64,000 nt of DNA, taken from Octopus vulgaris. Lineage: Eukaryota. A program made the translations under genes and the position numbers. Below the pieces are notes generated by a model that had not been told where the DNA came from, searched no databases, and saw only the letters and a program-made list of their open reading frames with translations. Numbering within the stretch: position 1 is the stretch's first letter; each line of letters opens with the position of its first letter. The DNA is taken from NCBI GenBank assembly GCA_951406725.2, contig OX597824.1, forward strand, positions 88,660,001 through 88,724,000, read 5' to 3'. Positions 39,055 to 51,738 of this stretch are shown piece by piece.

Positions 39055-40308
39055 TTCCACTATGACCCTTAAATTACATCTGATGTCACATTTCGCTGTT
39101 TACAAGGGAAGCCCTTTCTTACTTTAGAATCCTGTCTCAAACTGGCTTAGGATGCAATTAAATAGCTGTTTCTTCCCCCTTCTAAAAAATAATAACAAAC
39201 CCCTTCCTTACAAGATAGTTAATTAATTAGAAATACACAAAGTTTCCACTCTGCCCCTTAAATTACAACTGATGTCACATTTCACTGTTTACAATGGTAA
39301 ACCCTTTCTTACTTTAAAATCCCATCTCAGACTGGCTTAGGATGCATTTCAATAGCTGTTTCTTCTAAAAAATAATAATAAACCCCTTGCTAACAAGATA
39401 GTTAATTAATTAGAAATGCACCAAGTTTCCACTACGCCCCTTAAATTACATCTGATGACAATGGTAGCCCTTTCTTATTTTAAATCCCATCTCAAACTGG
39501 CTTAGGATGCATTTAAATAGTTTCTTTCCTCTTCCCCCCAAAAATAATAAACCCTTTCCTAACAAGATAGTTAATTAATTAGAAATACACAAAGTTTCCA
39601 CTGTGCCCCTTAAATTACATCTGATGACAATGGTAACCCTTTCTTACTTTAAAATCCCATCTCAAACTGGCTTAGATGCAATTAAATAACTGTTTCTTTC
39701 CTCTTCCCCAAAAAATAATAAAAAATCCCTTCCTAACAAAATAGTTAATTAGAAATACACAAAGTTTCCACTCTGCCCCTTAAATTACATCTGATGTCAT
39801 ATTTCACTGTTTACAAGGGAAGCCCTTTCTTACTTTAGAATCCCGTCTTAAACTAGCTCAGATGCATTTAAATAACTGTTTCTTTCCTCTTCCCCCAAAA
39901 ATAATAAACCCCTTCCTAACAAGATAGTTGATTAATTAGATAGAAATACACAAAGTTTACACTATGTCCCTTAAATTACACCTGATGACAATGGTAGCCC
40001 TTTCTTACTTTAGAATCCCGTCTCAGACTGGCTTAGATGCATTTAAATAGCTGTTTCTTCCCCCTTCTAAAAAATAAACCATTTCCGAACAAGATAGTTA
40101 ATTAGAAATACACCAAGTTTCCACTCTGCCCCTTAAATTACATCTGATGTCACATTTCACTGTTTACAATGGTAAACCCTTTCTTACTTTAAAATCCCGT
40201 CTCAAACTAGCTTAGGATGCAATTAAATAACTGTTTCTTTCCTCTTTCCCCCCAAAAAATAATAATAAACCCCTTCCTAACAAGATAATTAGAAATACAC
40301 AATGTCAC
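39055..40308. repeat. Tandem array of ~7 units of ~160-190 bp
   Basis: CCACTxTGCCCCTTAAATTACATCTGATG recurs at about 39057, 39247, 39430, 39598, 39768, 39960 and 40121. Confidence 0.92.
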
Positions 40309-40799
40309 TCTCATGAAGAGGTTGATATAATATCTATAAAAAAAACCCCCAAAAAACCCCACTTGTTTTATATTCCCGTTTTCTCTGTTTATACAAATAT
40401 ACATACAATATGTGTTACTTTTTAAACTTAGCAATTTAACTCTCATCATTAAAAAAATGCTTGAATGAACCAGAATCTTTTATTATTGTTTACAATATTA
40501 TAATTACACTCATGTCTTGTCAACCTGGTTTTCCTCTATAGATGGCGCTCCCGACACTTGGCTTTTTTTTTTAGTTGTGTTTTTTGTTTTTATATTCCAA
40601 CCTTTAATTGTTTTGCTACCTTCTTCACACAATTAACAAATCCAGTATATTTTTTGCGTTTATACCTCGATCAGATCCCTAATTCGAAAACCTGCTAATA
40701 TATTTATGCAATATTTAAGAAGCATTAACTAAGTGTACTCCAATTAAAAACAAAAAAAAAAACCGACCAGTTACTCTCCCTTCTTCATCACAATTACGC

Positions 40800-40842
40800 A
40801 CACACATATATATATACACACACACATTTATGTGTTTACTCC

Positions 40843-40895
<53 letters not shown>

Positions 40896-40928
40896 GTATG
40901 TATATATACACATTTGTGCTTACTCCGG

Positions 40929-40965
<37 letters not shown>
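40800..40965. repeat. (TA)n/(CA)n microsatellite with duplicated TACTCCGGTAT spacer
   Basis: Direct reading. Confidence 0.9.
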
Positions 40966-40967
<2 letters not shown>

Positions 40968-41914
40968 AATACAAAATGGGACAAGAGCGCAAAACATCCA
41001 AATAGACGATACAAAAAACACGGACGGGTCATTCGAAGCCTCTAATCTTCATTCAAGAACCGGGTCATCCTCGCAATTTCGGCTTTTATATATATATATA
41101 TATGTATGTATTGTTTATAATAAAGACAGGAGGTGCACGATTCAGCACGCTTCCTCGTTCAGTTTTGCAGAACAGTGAAGTGCTATGTTAAGGATTAATT
41201 GCGCTTCTTTTATTTATAATAAAGTTCATCATTATTACTACTCTTGGGTAATGTTAGTATTATTATTGATATTATGCGGAACGGATCCGACTACCAGTCG
41301 AGTCTATGGTGAATATCGACCTAGTGTCTTTTAGCAGTGAAGATAGGGTAGTCTCCCTCTGTCTAGTGGAAGATATGGGGTGGACACGGTTGAATGGTTT
41401 GAGGACTGCTTTGCCTCTCGGGGCAATCTATCATCAAACTTCTTCCAGCTCGTAACTGGAAGTGGAAAATTATGGCGGGACTAGAAGGCGTTGCCCTTTT
41501 AGCAATTGCAGTTAATTATCATGAAGTTGCAGTAATTATGAAATGCGACGAAATTGATGTGGCTAATTGGTCCCTACTCTTATGGGGGTGTTAAGTTGGC
41601 GGCAAGGACTACGAGAAGGCGCTTGGGTAGATTGGTAGTGGGGTGTAGTGAATCACCCATAACAACTTGAAGGTGCTTGTTCTGCGTTGTTATTGCTCTG
41701 TCTCTTTCTCTCTCTCTCTTTTTGTCAATACCTCTATTGTTAATGTTGACCTCCGTTTTCACCCGATGTAAATGCTCCACGCTTTAAAAAAATTCATGCC
41801 TTTATTGTTTCTAATTTATTTGCTCCTTTTGGCCAGTGAAATAGAGATCATTATTAGTAAAAAAATAAACAATTAACAGAGGGCACCACATGTAAACAAT
41901 TATTATTGTGTTCC

Positions 41915-42071
41915 GGTTCCGGATCTTTACGTTCCGAGTTCAAATACTGCTGAGGTCAACTTTCCCTTTCATCTTTTCGGGGCCGTTAAAATATAGTACC
42001 AATCAATACTGGAGATGATGTTATCCACTAGCCACGTCTCCCAACATTTCAGGCCTTCTACCTATAGTAGA

Positions 42072-42106
<35 letters not shown>

Positions 42107-42830
42107 GAGCTGGCAGAATCGTTGGTATGCCGAACAAAATGTTTAGCGGCATTTCGTCCGTCTTTATGTTCTGAGTTCATATTCCACGGAGGTCGACTTC
42201 GATTTCAGCCTTTCGAGGGTCGTTGAAATGAGTTCCAATTAAAAACTGCGGTCGATGTGACTTACCTCCGTCCCTGAAATTGCTGGCATTGTGCCAAGAT
42301 TAGAAACTATGATTATTATTATTATTATTATTTGAGCGAAATGCTTAGCGGTATTTCGTCTGCCGCTACGTTCTTAGTTCAAATTCCGCCGAGGTCGACT
42401 TTGCCTTTCATCCTTTCGGGGTCGATGAATTAAGGACCAGTGAAACACTGGTGTCGATGTAATCGTCTGGTCACCTCCCCCAAAATTTCAGGCTTTGTGC
42501 CTATGACAAAGGACTACTACTACTACTACTATGTTCCTGCTCTTAACGTTCCCTGAATTCAGCACCCATCGAGGTCAACTTGACTTTCGTTCTTTCGGGG
42601 GGTCAATAGAACATAGTATCAGTCAGATACTGGCGTCGATGTCACCGACAAAGCTGCTCCCTCAAATTTCAGGACCTGTGTCTAGAAATAATAATTTTTT
42701 TTTTTTTTGCTCTTTGTCTTTTGAATTTCAAACTTTCGTCCTCCAGGGTCTGTAAAATAAAGTGACATTCAAGCAGCGGGGTCGATCTAATCGTTTTTTT
42801 TTTCCTCCTAAAATGTGAAGCCTTGCGTTT
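41915..42830 (+). mobile_element. Array of older family C-related SINE units separated by (TTA)n/(CTA)n tails
   Basis: About five diverged units with B box and Deu-like core. Confidence 0.7.
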
Positions 42831-43415
42831 GTTAGAAGTCAGAGTTTATCATACTTTATGAAAATTTGGACAAAGAGAAGTTTAGAAGTAAAACAAAACA
42901 ACTGTTCATTTTGTACCACGTGGAAAAAGAATTTAAACTCCTTATTTTATTCATACATTCCGTCGGATAAAATAAAAGGATTAACTGTTATAACACTAAA
43001 ACTGGTTGATTATAGGCTAAGGTGAAAGAAACTGCTTAAGGTTTTAAAATCATTACTTGCGCTCCTGTAGGTTTTGTCTAGCAACGAAAGACGAGTTGTT
43101 TTGAAAATTAGTTTTGGCCGTGTTTAATTTTTAGGTTTCACCATTTCCAGTAAAATTTGAGGACACAACTACAGATGTGGTCCGCTTGATTTTGTTTTTT
43201 TAGTAACTTTTTGAAAAATGCACATTTTTTTAATGAAATTTTCAAGAGATACGTTTTAGGTGTAGATTAGGATTATACCGGAATTTGTTGCGAAGTTTGT
43301 TTTGTTTTCCGGAGAGTTGGAGAGAAGTTTCGGATTATTCACAGTCCTTGATTTTGTTTTTTCGTAACGTTCTGAAAACGACATTTTTAAACAAAATTTT
43401 CTTAATACAATTCAG

Positions 43416-43558
43416 GGCGATCCTTCGGTATAGGTACCGTAACAGAAACCCTTTTCTCCAACCCCTAACACAAACCCTAACCCCCCACCCATATATATAA
43501 AAAAAATCACTTTTTGAAATGTATCCGGTATTTCCGGTACCTATACCGAAGTTACGCC
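43416..43558. mobile_element. Small MITE, ~24-bp TIRs, imperfect 8-bp TSD, internal AACCCT-like repeats
   Basis: GGCGATCCTTCGGTATAGGTACCG / CGGTACCTATACCGAAGTTACGCC; flanks CAATTCAG / CATTTCAG. Confidence 0.7.
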
Positions 43559-43977
43559 CATTTCAGATGAGGGTAGATTACAAATATGTCAGAATTTCAT
43601 ATAATGTTTTCTTTTTTTTTTTGTAAATTGAGTAGGGGGTTTGATAATTTATGCACCTTGACTTTGTTTCCTCATACGTTCTAATGGGGTGTGTGAATTA
43701 TCCGCCTCACACCAATTATTTTTTTGTTTTGTTTTCGCATGAAATTCCGATATATTTGTAATCAGCGCCATCTGCAAATGTTATTTTAAGTTATCCATTT
43801 TGCAGTCACCCAAGAGGAAACAGATTATGCCAATTTGAATTTATGTGGATACTTATATTCACATATGTCTTATAATCATCATTTAAAGAATATAATAACG
43901 GAATTATGTCACAAGTGGGAGGGAAAGGCACACAAAAATGGATATGAATGTTCTTTTTATCTTAAAATAGTTAACCC

Positions 43978-44373
43978 ATTTCTTTACTAGCCACAAGGGG
44001 CTAAACACAGAGGGGACAAACGGATTAAGTCGATTACATCGACCCCAGTGCGTAACTGGTACTTATTTAATTGACCCCGAAAGGATGAAAGGCTAAGTCA
44101 ACCTCGGCGGAATTTGAACTCAGAACGTAGAGGCAGACGAAATACCTATTTCTTTACTACCCACAAGGCGCTAAACACAGAGGGGACAAACAAGGACAGA
44201 CAAACGGATTAAGTCGATTACATCGACCCCAGTGCGTAACTGGTACTTATTTAATTGACCCCGAAAGGATGAAAGGCAAAGTCGACCTCGCCGGAATTTG
44301 AACTCAGAACGTCAGACAAAATACTGCTAAGCATTTCGCCCGGCGTGCTAACGTTTCTGCCAGCTCACCGCCT
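43978..44373 (-). mobile_element. SINE family C dimer with flanking direct repeat TTTATCTTAAAATAGTTAACC
   Basis: The 21-bp flank is present at ~43956-43976 and ~44376-44396 (TSD-like). Confidence 0.8.
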
Positions 44374-44694
44374 TATTTATCTTAAAATAGTTAACCTTGA
44401 TCGAACAGACCAGTGATCAAAAGCATTGACTTGGCTATGTGTGCAGAAAATCCAAGGTTGCATCCAGCTTGTCTTTTTGTAAGCCTGTTGGGTACTATTT
44501 TTAGCAGTTTGAACAATTATCCAGAGGCTCCTCTGTCAACTTGTTGATGACTGGTTAATCTTACGTTCTGGTGTTTAGCATCCTAATCAGGATTGACAGA
44601 AATAATTAATTGCGTTGATCTAATCCAGTGTATCTCTCATAGTGGTGGTGATGCTGCTATAAGGATTGAAAAGAGGGCTGAGAAATTACCATGT

Positions 44695-45106
44695 TTAACC
44701 CTTTCGTTACCAACCCGGCTGAAACCGGCTCTGGCTCTTTAGTACAAATGTCTGGTTTTCAAAAGTTCTGAATTAAAATCTTCCTCCAAACCTTAGTCAC
44801 AATTTATGTCCCTAACACTAGCTGAATGATAACTAAGTTATTTTTCTAAATTCTTTGTTATATTTAAAGTAATTGAAAGAAACACAGAGCATCTCAAATG
44901 GCTGAAACCAGCTCTGGCTCTGTAGTACAAATGTCTTGTTTTCAAAATTTCTGAATTAAAATCTTCCACCAAACCTTAGTCACAATTTATGTCCCTAACA
45001 CTAGCTGAATGATAACTAAGTTATTTTACTATATTCTTTGTTATATTTAAAATAATTGGAAGAAACACAGAGCATCTCAAATTAAATACAGTAACGAAAG
45101 GGTTAA
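44695..45106. mobile_element. piggyBac-like MITE P2 with internal duplication
   Basis: TTAA-CCCTTTCGTTAC ... GTAACGAAAGGG-TTAA. Confidence 0.8.
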
Positions 45107-45516
45107 ATAAGATTAAGACTATTTTAAACTTATCCAACACCATGGCAAACAAAGAATAAATGTAAGGATGCAAACTGTTTTCTCTTCTCTTTAATAAATA
45201 ATAATAGTAATGGTTTCAAATTTTGCCACAAGGGCAGCAATTTTGGAGGAGGAGTTGGTTGATTACAGGGGTCTGTGATGTGAAAAAAATAAACCTGATC
45301 ATTATTGAGAAGGCAAATTTAAGAAAGCCAGTCGGCCGACCAACTACTCACTACTTTTCATGTGGTTTTGAGAATCAGATTTTGTATTTAGCAGAAAATA
45401 AGATCGGTAAATAGGTATGAACAGCAAATCTTTCTCAGATGAAAATTGTCCTCTTCAGTATAAATGAGCAGTTAGTAACAGTAAGCTGAAGATGAAATGA
45501 ATTTAGAATTGAAAGA

Positions 45517-45682
45517 TAGGCGCAGGAGTGGCTGTGGTAAGTAGCTTGTTTACCAACCAAATGGTTCCGGGTTCAGTCCCACTGCATGGCACCTTGGGGC
45601 AAGTGTCTTCTACTATAGCCTCGGGTCGACCAAAGCCTTGTGAGTGGATTTGGTAGACGGAAACTGAAAGAAGCCCGTCGTA

Positions 45683-45731
<49 letters not shown>

Positions 45732-45950
45732 TTGTGTGTCTGTGTTTGTCCCCCTAGCATTGCTTGACAACCTTGCTCGAATCATTTGCACATGCCAACA
45801 GCACGGGTGCCAGTAAGGCGATGCTGGTAACGATCTCGCTTGAATGGTGCCTCCTACATGCCACTGGCACGGAAGCCAGTTAGCCGCTCTGGCAATGGTC
45901 ACGCTCGGATGGTGCTCTTAGCACCCTACTGGCATGGGGCATGAGTGCCA
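45517..45950 (+). mobile_element. SINE family A 5' part joined to family B-related internal repeats
   Basis: Family A consensus up to GCTTGACAACC (~45771), then GC-rich ...GGATGGTGCT... units. Confidence 0.65.
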
Positions 45951-46378
45951 GTGTGTTCACAATAGCATTGGTTACACTTGCCTTCAGTGGTAAAAACAAA
46001 GAAATGTTACTACGTGATGTTACAATGTGAAATGGAATGTTTTGCTTAAGAAATAACACACCACCTGGTCTGGGAATTGGAACCACACCCTTGCATTTCT
46101 GAGTGCAGCACCCTAGCCACTTGGCCATATACCTTCATAGTCACACATGTGACTGTGAAAGTGTTTGTTTACAAAAAATTATTTAAAAAATCTGTTGGTC
46201 AAAAGGTAAAGATCCTTAAAATGTTCTAAATTTACTGTATTTTTTAGCAGCATATTTTATTGTATTCCATATGAAAGAAGCTTGCCATTAATTAATAATA
46301 TCGTTAATGTTAGAGAAAACAAATATTATCAGTTTCCATATTTTAACCTTATTTCAGATAACTGTATATGAATTCAAC

Positions 46379-49300
46379 ATGGAAGAAGACACAACTTTCA
46401 AAAATAACAACAAACCTTCGGATAATCTTGACCTTTGTGATTCTGGAGGTCGTAGAAATGAATTAGAATTTGAACAAAAGGAATCAATGGATCAAACTCG
46501 CAAGATAATCCCGTCTGATACACGATCCTCAAGTAATCAGGTTACTGACTGCAACATGCATTTGTTAGCAAATGCTGCTGACCACTTTATGCATCAGTCT
46601 CCTAGTCACCAGTTGGAAAGCAATGATGAAAGCACCAGGAAAATTACTGCTGAGCCAAGTCATCAGAGAGATTCTAATTATTCTCATCAAACCAATGTTC
46701 AAAGTCATCTTCCTAATAAGCCAGTTTTATCTCTTAATCCTAATAATTTAGCAGACTCAACAGTACAGGATTTAAATCTTGTTTCTGGTAGTTCAAGACC
46801 ATTGAATTATCCTTCTAGTTATTTAAGTAACAACCAAACTGTTGTATCTGCTAGTACAGCAAGCAGTCCCCTGAGTTCAGTTAATACTGTCAGCAGTTCA
46901 GTATCTATATCTAACAATCAACAGTGTTTAAGCTCTGAGCCAGTGTTATCAAGAAACTTAGAAAGACACTCTGATCTATTGCTTCCTCCAACTCCTCTTG
47001 TTAATACTCATCTGAGTTCTAATAGTTCCCTACAACAATCTTCAGTTGCATTACAACCAAATAATAACCCTATGTCTCCATACATAACTCAAACACCAGT
47101 TGTAACAGCATCTACAGATGGCACCTTAGTTGCTGGTAATAATAATTTGATAATTCAAAGGACTTCTGAAGCCGTTCCTACTTCTAGTGCTTACTGTCCC
47201 CCTCAGGTTCATCCAGTGGCTCAACCTCCCATACTGAGTTCAATTAATCCAGCTTCAGATAATAGCATGAATAAACTAAAGAGCCCTGTATCAACCATTC
47301 CTTCAGGTGGAAATGGTGTTAATTCACAAAATACTTTACCGCAGCAGAAGGGTCTGTCAAGTTCATCCTCCAAACCATTTCAAGCTACTTCTGTTTCAAC
47401 CTTCCCCACTACTACTCTTTCTCTGTCCAGTGTATATGTATCAAATAGCCATACTAGTAACAATGCAAGACAGAATCTTACAAGTTTAACCAGTAATCCA
47501 GAATCTCTAGAGACACCTTCTGTATCCAGTAGTTCTGTAATGTCCAACTTCAATAACCGGAAGCCAGAACAAAGTGATGCTGTTATCAAAAGCAGTTTTA
47601 TCAAAGAATCTTCAAATTCACCCTATTTGCCCACTACTTCTGCATCTACTCCTAATGAATTCATTGCAGAGCCGAGCAGCAAAGAATCTACGGTGATTCC
47701 AACAAGCAGCTCAGTCCATCGTACAAGCAGTACTGGAGGAACATCTCATGATAAAATATGCCCCAGTGATAGTAAACCTATTTCTGAAAGAAAAGATACC
47801 ATTCTTGAATCTAGTAATTCAGTTTTGTCTCGTAATAAGGATGTTATGTTATCCAAATCACAGGTTACCCCAGTTCAATCACACAATTTGACATCAGACA
47901 GTAATAGAACATTGCCAGTCGAAAGAGCTATGGTTGTGTCCACGTCAGGAGAGAAGGACACTGCTCCAGCTGGGGATAACCGTCCCTCCTTTTCTTTTAC
48001 TGCTAATGTAAATTCGCCATCTACCACGAATGTAGAATCTATTTCCCAGGATAATGCTACCGTACCTGCAACAAGTGAAACGGTAATGTCGACGCCAATT
48101 AAAATGGCAGAGTCATCTTCGTGTGTACGGAAAACATCAGAACCAGACTCTAAAGTCACTTCCTTATTGAATGAAAATGTAACGTCTGCATCTGGACAAA
48201 CGTTTGTAAGAACTCCTGCGACCAACTCACTGTTGCCATCCAGTTGCAATGAGACTTCAACATCAAGAGATGAGAAGACATCTAACGCTACCATAACAAC
48301 AGCTTCTGCTGGAAATGTGTCGTCTTCATCCGGAAGCAAGATAACTGAAGAAACTTCGATAAGTGAGGAAGACGCCACTGCATCAACTGCAACGGTCTCT
48401 TTGTCATCGTCTACTGGTCAGTCCACCCCAGCAGCTTATGATAAAAGGGCTTCAATGGACAATGATTTAGGTGTTGGTCTTTCTAATCCTAAACTTGATT
48501 CTAACAAATCTGAGGTTGAGCTTGCACCAAATAGCGCTCAAGACTCATTCCCTTCAACTTCTGAAGCAGCATGCTTGGATACTAACGTCACACATGCTGA
48601 AGAAAATGTCACGTCTCAACACGTTAGTCATTCACCTGCTGAATTAAACAATAATATTGAACCCAGGAAAATTAATAATGAATCTAAAAATAATTTGTTG
48701 TTGAGTAGCAGTACCGATGTTGGCCAATCAGCTCCTGATGTTGACTGCAACAACTCATCTGTGTCTGACAAGCATTACAAAGCAGTTCAAAATACAACAG
48801 TTAGTGCAAGTGCTTCAAATAATTTGCTTGAATCTGATAAAAACCAAGGGATTTCTACCAGTGGCCAAAATGAGGGAAATGATAAGAATACTGATAAACA
48901 CTTCTCTGTAGATAATATAAATAGCCCAGTGAATGCTGTCGGCTCGAGTAATTCTGTTGATCAGAAAACACATCCAAGTAATACAGAGAGTAACACTTGC
49001 AGTTCTACAATGACAAATTTAGTTCCGCAAACAAATGAAGATGATAACGATATGGTTCAGGCACAGATTGCTTTAATGAAAGAAAACATAAAGATCGAAG
49101 CTTCTGATGGTTCTTCAGTAAATGTGGTTAACGATGGTTCGTTAGAACCGACAGAGAAGACCGATGACTGTATGATGGAAGTTGATACGGAAGCAAGTCA
49201 CCCAGTTGAAAATAATGAAGAACATCGACAAATCAAGCAAGAATTAACTGCTGAAAACATTACCACAATCACCGACACTTCTTCACCGTTACCAAGCGAG

Positions 49301-49637
49301 GAATCTAATGATAAAACCAAGGGTGTTGATAGTAAAAGCAGTAATACTGATGATAAACAAGAGCCCTCCTGTGTAACACCAACTAACTGGAATTCTCCTG
49401 TTGGTGCTGTCAGTTATACTTTGGCTGAACCAAGGCGATCTCAAAGACAACCAAAAGTTAAGTTCAACGTTCTTGATCTCATTGGTTTAGGTCCAGATGT
49501 AGACATACAAAGCAAACCAGCTAAAACATTGAGTAAACGACTTTCAAATGCAGATTCTTCTGAAAATATTAGTAACGAAGAAACATTAGTGCTGGCATCA
49601 AACATTTCAGCATCATTTGTGCAAACGTCACCCACAG
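46379..49637 (+). CDS. Giant coding exon: ~1086 aa Ser/Thr/Asn-rich disordered region
   Basis: Track ORF 46307..49666; acceptor atttcAG at 46357, ATG at 46379, donor G|GTaaga at 49637. Confidence 0.9.
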
Positions 49638-51673
49638 GTAAGAATTTTTTTTTTTTTAATATGTAAGGTGATATTAACCCTTTCGTTACCAACTTGTCTA
49701 AAACTGCCTCTGGTTCTGTAGTACAAATGTCTTGTTTTCATAAGTTTTGAGTTAAAATCTTCCAATAGACCTTAGTCACAATTTATGTTCCTGTCACTAG
49801 CTTAATGATAACTCATCATCATCATCATCGTTTGACGTCTGCTTTCCATGCTAGCATGGGTCGGACAATTTGACTGAGGGCTGGCGAACCAGATGGCTGC
49901 ACCAGACTCCAATCTGATCTGGCAGAGTTTCTACAGCTGGATGCCCTTCTTAACACCAAGATGTCCTTCCTAACGCCAGAATGCCTTTCCTTAACACCAA
50001 TAGGATGCCCTTCCTAACGCCAATAGGATGCCTTCCTAACGCTAGGATGCCCTTCCTACTAAATTCTTTGTTATATTTGAAATTAATTGAAAGAAACACA
50101 GGACATCCCAACAAAAATTTATTAACAAAAGGATTAGCAAATGATTAATTTAACCCTTTTGATACCAACTTGTCTGAAATTGCCTCTGGCTCTGTAGTAC
50201 AAATGTCTTGTTTTCAAAAGTTCTAAATTAAAATCTTCCACCAAACCTTAATCACAGTTTATGTTCCTAACACTAGCTTAATGATAACTAAGTTATTTTA
50301 CTAAATTCTTTGTTATATTTAAAACTAATTGAAAGAAATACAGAGCATCTCTAAATACGGTAACGAAAGGGTTAATGAGGTGTTCAAGCTGCCAGAATCA
50401 TTAACTTGCAGGGCAAAATGTTTAGCGGCATTTTGTCTGTCTATACGTTCTGAGTTTGAATTCCAGGGCCAGCTTTGCCTTTTATCCTTTCAGGGTCAAC
50501 AAAATAAGTACCAGTTGAGTACTGGGGGTCAATGTATTTGATTTACCCACCTGCCCCGAAATTGCTGGCCTTGTGCCAAAATTTGAAACCAGTATTAATG
50601 GTTGCTTTGCTGATTAAATTTATGACCCACCAAATTGGTGATTTGACACTAGTCAAATTCAAATAGTTATTGCAACCTCTATTTGTTGGTCAGTAATCGA
50701 AATCGATCAACATCAATGGAAATTGCAGCTGTAATACCAGTGCCGGTGGCACGTGAGAGAACCATCCGAACGTGGCCGTTGCCAGTGCCGGTTTGACCTG
50801 GCCTCTGTGCCGGTGGCACGTAAAAAGCACCATCCAATCGTGGCCGTTTGCCAGCCTCGTCTGGCACCTGTGCAGGTGGCACGTAAAAAGCACCCACTAC
50901 ACTCTCGGAGTGGTTGGCATTAGGATGGGCATCCAGCTGTAGAAACACTGCCAGATCAGACGTGGCCTGGCGCAGCCTCCTAGATTCTCAGACCCCGGTC
51001 AAACCGTCCAACCCATGCTAGCATGGAAAGCGGACGTTAAATGATGATGATGATAATGTGTGTACTATGTCATATGAAACGTGGGGAATTCTGGCAAGTA
51101 ACCCCCACTATCAAAAGCCAAGTCGACTCAGTTCCTGTGTCACAAATACACATGCTGAGAACCAGGTATACTTGGTTCCTGCACAGTAAAGGTTAACCGT
51201 GCTTGGAAAGAAACTTTTGGGGAGAAAAAGAAATAGCCTCAATTTGTAAAACGTCAAATTGTATTTTAACCTAATTCTTTATTCTTTTACTTGATTCAGT
51301 CATTTGACTGTGGCCATGCTGGAGCATCGCATCTAGGTATCTCCTCCAGTTGTTTTCTATGTAGAGGGAGAAAGGGCTGCCATATCTTTCTAGAACCTTA
51401 CGATACAGACTGATTTCTAAATATCCCATGACTAGGTTGGCAAGAGAATCACGCCAACGAACTACCACATCGCATCAAAAAAGAATTCGTGATAGAAGGG
51501 GTTAAATTCATCCTGGAAAATAACTTCTAATTTAATTATTTAATCGTTACAGTTGAAAAGGTCTCAAAATGACTGAAACAGGTACTGAAATGTTCTTTAT
51601 AAAATTATTTTAGCATTTTCTATTTTGACTTATTTTTTCATATATATCAACTCGTGTGTTCCTTTTCATCCTT

Positions 51674-51738
<65 letters not shown>

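Noticed and set aside
39055-40308. Possible CRISPR-like array
   Set aside because: Whole units are repeated with no unique spacers, there are no cas genes, and the context is eukaryotic.
47875-48378. 167-aa antisense ORF and other antisense ORFs inside the giant exon
   Set aside because: Expected shadows of a long low-complexity coding exon; no recognisable motif.
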